From assembly GCA_964408805.1 (NCBI GenBank), contig CAYPAV010000005.1:4476-68475 (forward strand): a stretch of DNA of 64,000 nucleotides, in the 5' to 3' direction. The notes below the pieces were generated by a model. The model saw only the letters and a list, made by a program, of their open reading frames with translations, made no database searches and had not been told where the DNA came from. Both the position numbers and the translations under genes were made by a program. The DNA comes from an uncultured Rhodospirillaceae bacterium (GTDB lineage Bacteria; Pseudomonadota; Alphaproteobacteria; UBA8366). This document shows positions 57,606-64,000 of this stretch, in pieces; positions within the stretch are counted from its first letter, which is position 1, and the number at the start of each line of letters is the position of its first letter.

Positions 57606-57790
57606 TTTATTCAACATTCCGCATTGTCGTTTTCTTACCGGCGCCATGGAATTGGTCCACCGCGACCCTGTCGCGTTCTGTTGTAGGTGCTAAATCTTGC
57701 CAAATCGTAAATAATTGGAAAGCGGGACGATTTAATGATCCAGAAGACCGATTATCCCGCCGAATTGGAGTCGACCGAGGTGAATTTCGC

Positions 57791-58333
57791 ATGACCAACT
57801 CCGAGAAAAGCGCCACGATTCGCGATGCGGCGCCGGCCGATCTCGGTCGAGTCCAGGCCATCTATGCGCATCATGTCCTGCATGGCCTCGCCTCCTTCGA
57901 GGAAGAACCACCCGATCTGGCGGAAATCGAACGGCGCTATGCCGCCGTGCGCGATCTTGGCCTACCCTACCTGGTGGCCGAAATAGAGGGGGAAATCGTC
58001 GGTTACGCCTATTGCGGGGCCTACCGGCCGCGGCCCGCCTACCGTTATACGGTCGAGAACTCGGTCTATATCGATCACCGTTACCCGCGCCGCGGTCTCG
58101 GGCGCGCTCTTCTGACGGCGCTGATCGACCAGGCGGAAGAGACGCGGATTCGCCAGATGATCGCGGTGATTGGGGACAGCGACCACGAGGCGTCGATAAA
58201 ACTCCACGAAAGTCTTGGATTTCGTATGGTCGGCACCCTCAACGCCACGGGTTTCAAGTTCGGCCGCTGGGTCGATACGGTGCTGTTGCAGCGGCCGATC
58301 GGCCCCGGCAACGAGACCCTTCCGGAATCATAA
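57791..58333 (+). CDS. GNAT family N-acetyltransferase (phosphinothricin acetyltransferase-like)
   Basis: IRDAAPADLGRVQAIYAHHVLHGLASFEEEPP...VYIDHRYPRRGLGRALL...HESLGFRMVG. Confidence 0.85.
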   Translation: MTNSEKSATIRDAAPADLGRVQAIYAHHVLHGLASFEEEPPDLAEIERRYAAVRDLGLPYLVAEIEGEIVGYAYCGAYRPRPAYRYTVENSVYIDHRYPRRGLGRALLTALIDQAEETRIRQMIAVIGDSDHEASIKLHESLGFRMVGTLNATGFKFGRWVDTVLLQRPIGPGNETLPES

Positions 58334-58404
58334 CACGCTGAAATACAACAATTTCACGGATTTTGGCACACCACTTGCGCTCCTTTTTCGCCGAGGAGGA
58401 TGAC

Positions 58405-59196
58405 ATGGTTTCTTCGGAGGCTGTGAGGCGAGTAAGCGTTCTTGTCGCGATGTTTGTGCTCATCGCGCCCTGGACCGATGCGCGAGGTGCGAAACCGCGG
58501 GACGCCGCGAATTTTTGCGCCAAGGCGGTATCGGGTCAGGAGGCCGCGCGCCGAATTCCCACGAAGCTGCTTCATGCCATCTCCATTGCCGAGTCGGGCC
58601 GCTGGGATCCATCCCGGCGGGAAAACGTTGCCTGGCCCTGGACCGTGACTGCCCAGGGCAAGGGCCGATTCTACCCGACGAAGGAAACTGCGATACGGGC
58701 CGTGCGTTCGTTGCGTAAGCGGGGTGTCCGGAACATCGACGTGGGGTGCATGCAGATCAATTTGCGCTACCACCCGGACGCCTTCAATTCGCTTCAGGAC
58801 GCGTTCGATCCCGTGACCAACGCCGCTTATGGCGCGGCATTCCTGGTCAAGCTACGCCGGGAGAGAAAATCCTGGACACTGGCAGTGAAGCATTACCACT
58901 CCGCGACGCAGGAACGGCACGGCCCCTATCGCAATAAGGTTTACAAGATCTGGCGCGAGGTGCGCTTGAAGACACGGCGGGCACAGATCGCCGCCCTTCG
59001 CGCCGGCAGTACGCATCGCCGGCTCTCCGGCGACCAGCGCCGCGCAAAATTGCGCCGATTGGTGCGCATGAAGTCGAAACCGCGGCGCCCGCTCTCCGTC
59101 ACCCAGCGGCTCCGCGCCGGCCATCGGCTCGACGCAAGGGCACAGCGCTGGCTCGACCGGCAACTCGCCGTCCTGGGACCGCGCCCAAGACGCTGA
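58405..59196 (+). CDS. lytic transglycosylase (SLT) domain protein with an Arg-rich tail
   Basis: A signal-like N-terminus is present. LLHAISIAESGRW contains the catalytic Glu context. ...IDVGCMQINLRYH...AAYGAAFL. The ATG at 58405 follows gaggagg. Confidence 0.8.
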   Translation: MVSSEAVRRVSVLVAMFVLIAPWTDARGAKPRDAANFCAKAVSGQEAARRIPTKLLHAISIAESGRWDPSRRENVAWPWTVTAQGKGRFYPTKETAIRAVRSLRKRGVRNIDVGCMQINLRYHPDAFNSLQDAFDPVTNAAYGAAFLVKLRRERKSWTLAVKHYHSATQERHGPYRNKVYKIWREVRLKTRRAQIAALRAGSTHRRLSGDQRRAKLRRLVRMKSKPRRPLSVTQRLRAGHRLDARAQRWLDRQLAVLGPRPRR

Positions 59197-59206
59197 CCGC
59201 GATTCC

Positions 59207-60415
59207 TTATATGATTCCTTTCTCGCGAAGAGCCCCGATCTCTTCCTTGGAAAGTCCCAACAACTCGCCATAGACGGCCTCGATCCCGTCGCGCAAGGGG
59301 GGACCGAGATGGCGGACCTCGCCCGGAGTCTCGGAGAGTTTCGGGATGACGCCCGGGATCACCACCTCGCCGGCGATCTCGTCATGCATTTTCAACAGAT
59401 TGTCGCGCGCCGCGAATTGCGGGTCGGCGAAGATATCGGCGATCGAATTGATGGCCCCGCACGGTACCTGGCCCTCGGTGCAGGCGTCGACGACGGCGGA
59501 TTGCGGCATCGACTGGGTATAGGCGGTGACGATCTCGATGACGCGCTCCCGGTCGGCGAGCCGCAGCGCCGCCGTCTGGTAGCGGTCGGGACCGGCCAAT
59601 TCGGGCTGTCCCATGACATGGGCGAGACGCTCGAACATCCGGTCCGAGGTGCAGGCGATCGAGACCCATTTATCGTCGCTGGTCGGGAAATGCCCATGCG
59701 GGCAGGCAAGCTGGGTTCCCGTCCCCTCGCGCGCGCGGATCGTACCTTCCTTGGCGTAGGCCGGCACCAATTCGTCGAGCAGCCGGAAAATCGATTCATA
59801 GAGCCCGATATCGATCACCTGACCGCGCCCGGTCTCCGCGAGGCTCTTCAGCGCCACCAGGATCCCGACGGCACCATAGAGCCCGGTCGTATAATCGGCG
59901 AGCGAGGTCGACCCCGGCGTCACCGGCGGCCCGTCCGGCATGCCGGCGAGATAGGTCAATCCGCCGAAGGCCTGGGCAATACGGGCGAATCCCGGCCGGT
60001 CCTTATAGGGCCCCGTCTGGCCGTAGCCGGAGACACGGAGCAGGATAAGCCGCGGATTGATCTCGGAAAGGACATCCCAGCCGAGCCCCCAGCGCTCGAG
60101 CGTGCCGGGGCGAAAATTTTCGCAAACCACGTCCGAGACCGCGACCAGTTTCTTGAAAATATCGACGCCTTCGGGCGTGCGAAGATCGAGGGTGACCGAG
60201 GTCTTGTTCCGGGCCTCGCTCAGCCAGGCCAGGGTGTCGCCGCGATCCGTCATGGTTCCGTAATAACGCCAGAGATCGCCGCCCTTCGGGTTCTCGATCT
60301 TGATGACCTCGGCGCCGAATTCGGACAGGATCGTCGACGCGAAGGGGGCCGCGATGAAGGTCGCCGCGTCGATCACGCGAATGCCGTCGAGCGGCGGTTT
60401 TACCTGTTGGCTCAT
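59207..60415 (-). CDS. family III CoA-transferase (CaiB/BaiF)
   Basis: LDGIRVIDAATFIAAPFASTILSEFGAEVIKIENPKGGDLWR. The start is re-set to the ATG at 60415. Confidence 0.9.
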   Translation of the reverse strand: MSQQVKPPLDGIRVIDAATFIAAPFASTILSEFGAEVIKIENPKGGDLWRYYGTMTDRGDTLAWLSEARNKTSVTLDLRTPEGVDIFKKLVAVSDVVCENFRPGTLERWGLGWDVLSEINPRLILLRVSGYGQTGPYKDRPGFARIAQAFGGLTYLAGMPDGPPVTPGSTSLADYTTGLYGAVGILVALKSLAETGRGQVIDIGLYESIFRLLDELVPAYAKEGTIRAREGTGTQLACPHGHFPTSDDKWVSIACTSDRMFERLAHVMGQPELAGPDRYQTAALRLADRERVIEIVTAYTQSMPQSAVVDACTEGQVPCGAINSIADIFADPQFAARDNLLKMHDEIAGEVVIPGVIPKLSETPGEVRHLGPPLRDGIEAVYGELLGLSKEEIGALREKGII

Positions 60416-60571
60416 TATTGCGGTTCCCCGGTTTCCCTCGGTATTGACATAGCCGAGCCGATTGACCGATCCAGACTGCGTCGCCATGGACTCCGGTTTG
60501 ACAGGGATCGGCGGCGGCGGCAGAATTTCCATGCGCCACTATCAGCGCGCCTTCGGCGAATCGGATTCGAT

Positions 60572-62239
60572 GTGACGAGACTCTCTGCGATTTCGGCTCT
60601 TCTGTCTCTCGGCTTGTTCTTCACGGCCTCGGCGGCCGTCGCGAAACAGGGCGGCGTCTCCGTGAAACTGCGGCAAGGCATCACCGAGGACGCCCCGATT
60701 TCCGAGGAAGTGGAACTTTACGCCCGGTCCTATGCGCTGGTCGTCGAGATCGACAAATACACCCATGGCTGGCCTCGGCTTTCGATGGCGGTGAAGGACG
60801 CCAAGGCCATTGCCGCGGCGCTGACGAAGAAGGGCTTCGAGGTGACGCTTGTCCTCAATCCCAAATCGGCCGCGCTGAACCAGGCCTTCGAGGAGTTCTA
60901 CATCCTCAAGGGCGAGAACCCGGACGCACGGCTCTTCGTCTGGTTCGCGGGTCACGGTCACAGCGAGCGCGGCGAGGGTTATCTCGTCCCAACGGACGCG
61001 CCGAAGCCGAGCAAGAAGGGTCTCTTCCGCCTCCGCGCGCTTTCGCTTCGCCGGATCGGCGAATTCGTTCGCCTAGCGGAATCGAAGCACGCCTTCGCGG
61101 TCTTCGACAGCTGCTTCTCGGGAACGGTTTTCGACAGCGCCCGTGCGATGCCGCCGGCCGCCGTCACCCGCGCGACGACGCTTCCGGTGCGTCAGTTCCT
61201 GACCTCGGGCGATGCCGGCCAGACGGTGTCCGACAACGGCGCCTTTCGCGAATTGTTCATACGAGCCCTTTCGGGCGACGAGAAGGCCGACGCCAATGAC
61301 GACGGCTATGTGACGGCGAGCGAGATCGGTCTGTTCCTGACCGATCGGGTCACCAACCTCACCGAATCGAAGCAAACCCCGCGCTATGGCAAGCTCCGCG
61401 ACAAGGACTGGGATCGCGGGGATTTCGTCTTCACCCTGCCGCAAGCGGCGCCGACACCGGTGGCGCGCGTATCCGCGACCAACCAATCGGGCGGCGGTAC
61501 CACGTCAGAGACCGCGCGGCTGCAACAGGAAAGCCTGTTCTGGGAATCGATTAAGGACAGCAACGACGCGAGCGCCTTCGAGGCCTATCTTTCGCAGTTC
61601 CCGAGAGGCACCTTCGCGCCGCTGGCACGGGTCAAGCTGAAGGCCTTGAAATCAGGGAATGCGGGGCGGAAGCGCGCCCTCGTCGACGAGCGGCGCCAGC
61701 TGGAGGCGGAGCGCAGACGATTTGCGGACGAAGCGGCGAGACTGCGGCGCGAGGGAGCGGAGAAGCTGAAAGCCGACCTTGCCGCCGAGCGCCGACGCCT
61801 GGCGGATGAGGAAGCGGCCCGCGCCGAACGCCGCCGGACGGAGCAAAGCGTCGCCCGGCTCGCACCCGCGGCCCGATCACGGCCCGGCGTCGCGCCCAAT
61901 CTCCTCACCGGGGCCGAAATACGAACCCTGCTTTCCGATAACACGGGCGTGTACACCGCTCCCCGCAAAGATCTGACTCTTTCGGTCACTTTCGATGCCG
62001 ATGGTCAAATGCGGGGATCGCGCGAAGAGGACGGGCGACGCGATTGGGGCAAATGGTGGATCGAGGACGACCGCTATTGCCGAAAATGGGACAAATGGGC
62101 GAAGCAACGCGTGTATTGCTTCTCCATTTCACTTTCCGGCGAAACCGCTACGCATATCGGCGCGATGGGGACCAAGGTCTACGACATGGAGTTGGAATCC
62201 GTGCCCGACAGCTTGCAAGGCCGGGCGGGGGATGATTGA
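60572..62239 (+). CDS. exported caspase-like peptidase (C14) with an FWESI module, an Arg/Glu coiled coil and a Trp/Cys-rich C-terminal domain, paralog C
   Basis: A GTG at 60572 gives the signal peptide MTRLSAISALLSLGLFFTASAAVA. The dyad is WFAGHGH (His 60953) and FDSCFSG (Cys 61112). The module lies at 61532-61651. The ORF-track start at 59309 is an antisense-overlap artefact. Confidence 0.82.
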   Translation: MTRLSAISALLSLGLFFTASAAVAKQGGVSVKLRQGITEDAPISEEVELYARSYALVVEIDKYTHGWPRLSMAVKDAKAIAAALTKKGFEVTLVLNPKSAALNQAFEEFYILKGENPDARLFVWFAGHGHSERGEGYLVPTDAPKPSKKGLFRLRALSLRRIGEFVRLAESKHAFAVFDSCFSGTVFDSARAMPPAAVTRATTLPVRQFLTSGDAGQTVSDNGAFRELFIRALSGDEKADANDDGYVTASEIGLFLTDRVTNLTESKQTPRYGKLRDKDWDRGDFVFTLPQAAPTPVARVSATNQSGGGTTSETARLQQESLFWESIKDSNDASAFEAYLSQFPRGTFAPLARVKLKALKSGNAGRKRALVDERRQLEAERRRFADEAARLRREGAEKLKADLAAERRRLADEEAARAERRRTEQSVARLAPAARSRPGVAPNLLTGAEIRTLLSDNTGVYTAPRKDLTLSVTFDADGQMRGSREEDGRRDWGKWWIEDDRYCRKWDKWAKQRVYCFSISLSGETATHIGAMGTKVYDMELESVPDSLQGRAGDD

Positions 62240-62258
62240 CGACCGTGTATGAATCTTG

Positions 62259-63926
62259 TCAGGATTTGTACGCGTACGTTTTTTGTGCTGTTTTATCAGT
62301 AATATAACCGCCTTCTATGTCTAATTCGACTGCCGTACGCGCGCGCTTCTTGGGATCGTCGTTGCCACCGCCCCCGGAAGTTTCCAGGCCGACCCGGTCG
62401 CCGCGGCGAAGCGCCAGATTGGCCGTCTTCGCGGCGAGCTGCCGGGTTTCGCCGGCGCGTTTCAGATAGAACCGTCCAGCACGGCCGGGCGCCCCGCCCC
62501 GCAGCCCGTAGGGCGGCACGCGGAAGCGGTCGAAACTGGCCGAGATCGTCCCTTCCGCCGCGTCGAGCCGCCATTCCCGCCGGAGACCAAGGCCGCCCCT
62601 TGTCCTGCCGGCCCCGCCCGAATCGGCGATCAAGGCGTATTCGGTGAAAGTGATGGGAAAGAAGGCCTCGTTCATCTCGATCGGCGAATTAGCGAGATTG
62701 TGGAACCCGGCCGAGAACCCGCTGGCCCCGTCCTCATCCGGATGGGCACCCCAGCCGCCGACCTCGATCTCGAAGTAGATGCTGCGCCCGCCGGTCGCCT
62801 TGTCGGGGACCGAGAGGGCCGAGACATAGCTGACCCCGTAATAGGCGGCGGGAACCATATCGGGCCGTGCGGCGGCGAAGGCGCCGAGGACCGTGGTCAC
62901 CACCCGGTGGCCGGTCGCCATCCGATTGGCGACGGGGGCCGGCGCCCGGCAATTCACCAGCGTTCCCGACCGTGCGGCGATCTCGATCGGGCGGTAGGCA
63001 CCCGCATTCGCCATGATCGCCCCCTCGCCCATCATGATTAGCGCGCAATAGACCGCCGAGCGGGTCATGTTCAAAGTGCAATTCACCGGCCCCGCGGCCT
63101 GTGGGCATGAACCAGAGAGATCGACCCGGCAGGTCTCGCCCGTGACCGTGACCTCGGCATGAACCTTCAGATGATCCTCGGTGATCCCGTCATCGTCGAC
63201 GAAATCCTCGAACTCGTAGCTTCCGTCGGGAATGTCGCGGATCACGGCCCGCATGGCGGCCTCGGATTGATCCAGGATGGCATCGATCGTGGCCTCCAGC
63301 ACCTCGGCCCCATAACGCGTCACGAGTTTTCGATAGGCGGCGGCGCCGACCTCGGTCGCGGCGAGCTGTGAGGCGAAGTCGCCCGCGACCTGCTCCGGTT
63401 CGCGGCTGCTCGCGTGGATGATCGAGATCACGGCCCCGTTCGGCCGGCCGCCCTCGACCACCTTGCAGGGCGGCAGGCGAAGGCCCTCCTGGAAGACCTC
63501 GGTCGCCTGGGCATAGTAGCTGCCGGGCGCGCCGCCGCCGATATCGATGTGATGCACCAGGGCGGCGGCGATCCCGATCCGCCGGCCGTCGCTGAAAATC
63601 GGGCGAAAGACCAGAAAATCCGGCAGATGCTGGCCACCCGAATAGGGATCGTTGGTCAAAATAACGTCGCCTTCGTTCCAATCCTCAAGCGGAATGTGAT
63701 CGGCGATCACCGCGTCGAGACAGACTCCCATGGAATTGAGATGCACCGGGATTCGCGCCGATTGCGCGACCGCGCGGCCCTTGCCATCGAATATCGCGGT
63801 CGAATAGTCGAACATCTCGCGGACCACCGTGGAGCGCGAGGTCCGGTGAATGGTGACGCTCATCTCCTCCGCCACCGCGAGAAGGGCGTTCCGGATAATC
63901 TCGAGTTGGACCGGATCGACGGTCAT
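62259..63926 (-). CDS. hydantoinase B / oxoprolinase family protein
   Basis: MTVDPVQLEIIRNALLAVAEEMSVTIHRTSRSTVVREMFDYSTAIFD.... The start is re-set to the ATG at 63926 and overlaps the upstream gene's stop (ATGA). Confidence 0.9.
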   Translation of the reverse strand: MTVDPVQLEIIRNALLAVAEEMSVTIHRTSRSTVVREMFDYSTAIFDGKGRAVAQSARIPVHLNSMGVCLDAVIADHIPLEDWNEGDVILTNDPYSGGQHLPDFLVFRPIFSDGRRIGIAAALVHHIDIGGGAPGSYYAQATEVFQEGLRLPPCKVVEGGRPNGAVISIIHASSREPEQVAGDFASQLAATEVGAAAYRKLVTRYGAEVLEATIDAILDQSEAAMRAVIRDIPDGSYEFEDFVDDDGITEDHLKVHAEVTVTGETCRVDLSGSCPQAAGPVNCTLNMTRSAVYCALIMMGEGAIMANAGAYRPIEIAARSGTLVNCRAPAPVANRMATGHRVVTTVLGAFAAARPDMVPAAYYGVSYVSALSVPDKATGGRSIYFEIEVGGWGAHPDEDGASGFSAGFHNLANSPIEMNEAFFPITFTEYALIADSGGAGRTRGGLGLRREWRLDAAEGTISASFDRFRVPPYGLRGGAPGRAGRFYLKRAGETRQLAAKTANLALRRGDRVGLETSGGGGNDDPKKRARTAVELDIEGGYITDKTAQKTYAYKS

Positions 63927-64000
63927 GACGCATCCTCCCGTTCGGCCACCAGATCCCCTGAGTCCAGCCGCTGGAGGCGCCAACCGGCGGGAAGATGGAT
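63923..64000 (-). CDS. hydantoinase A / oxoprolinase family protein, C-terminal 25 codons only (5' end off the window)
   Basis: The reverse frame reads IHLPAGWRLQRLDSGDLVAEREDAS*, ending 4 nt into the hyuB-like gene. Pairing with hydantoinase B is typical, but the fragment is too short to be sure. Confidence 0.5.
   Translation of the reverse strand: MHLPAGWRLQRLDSGDLVAEREDAS

Noticed and set aside
57648-57790. A possible CtrA-type TTAA-N7-TTAA box in the cpdR-like/GNAT divergent spacer.
   Set aside because: Only isolated TTAA/TAAT elements are present (for example gatttaatgatcc). I found no correctly spaced pair.
59309-60571. The N-terminal 421 codons of the 976-aa ORF-track entry for caspase paralog C.
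   Set aside because: This part is antisense to the CoA-transferase gene (59207..60415) and is not protein-like. A GTG at 60572 gives a proper signal peptide that aligns with the N-termini of paralogs A and B.
62268-62279. A third copy of the gtacgcgtacgt palindrome seen at 13151.
   Set aside because: It lies inside the last codons of the hydantoinase B gene (encoding ...TYAYKS) between convergent genes, which is not a plausible operator position. I treat it as a coincidence of a low-complexity motif, though a 12-nt match is somewhat unexpected.
1-64000. A window-wide search by eye for CRISPR arrays, rRNA, IS elements, integrases, phage genes, or known defence-system hallmarks such as reverse transcriptase, nucleases paired with ATPases, or toxin-antitoxin pairs.
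   Set aside because: None was found. The only mobility-related traces are the tRNA-Val half-copy and the gene-fragment duplication, both reported above.

Overview
This is a high-GC chromosomal segment. The cpdR-like receiver next to a tRNA and the overall gene content suggest an alphaproteobacterium, but that is inference only. I can support about 62 protein-coding genes and one tRNA-Val(GAC). I saw no rRNA, CRISPR array, transposase or integrase.

Most genes encode catabolic or redox enzymes:
- acyl-CoA dehydrogenases, a carboxyltransferase, a crotonase and two family-III CoA-transferases;
- a thiamine-pyrophosphate enzyme, a nitronate monooxygenase, SDRs and luciferase-like (LLM) oxidoreductases;
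- a cytochrome P450, nitroreductases, UxaA-type dehydratase subunits, an Ldh_2 oxidoreductase, hydantoinase A/B and a gamma-glutamyltransferase;
- MFS and DMT transporters.

Many ORF-track entries are antisense shadow ORFs or over-extended starts. I re-set starts where an ATG or GTG with a Shine-Dalgarno-like motif and a family-typical N-terminus was visible.

The most interesting signals:
1. Three dispersed paralogous genes encode exported caspase-like (peptidase C14) proteins. All share the catalytic domain and a roughly 40-aa FWxSI...FPxGTFAxLA module, but each carries a different C-terminal module.
   - One is fused to a complete HtrA/DegP-type serine protease with two PDZ domains.
   - One is split by a single in-frame TAG.
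   - One carries a coiled coil and a Trp/Cys-rich domain.
2. A degenerate copy of the 3' half of tRNA-Val lies 1.08 kb from the intact tRNA and brackets a nitroreductase gene, which looks like an island scar.
3. A decayed duplicate of the promoter and 5' end of the carboxyltransferase gene sits upstream of the neighbouring acyl-CoA dehydrogenase.
4. A more A/T-rich phosphorelay cluster comprises a solute-binding protein, a hybrid histidine kinase with HPt, two single-domain receivers and a receiver-class III cyclase. The kinase sensor domain looks 5'-truncated and follows an in-frame TGA-TGA.
5. A low-GC patch encodes a membrane-anchored ORFan.

All functional calls rest on my own motif and family recognition. 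No database search was run.
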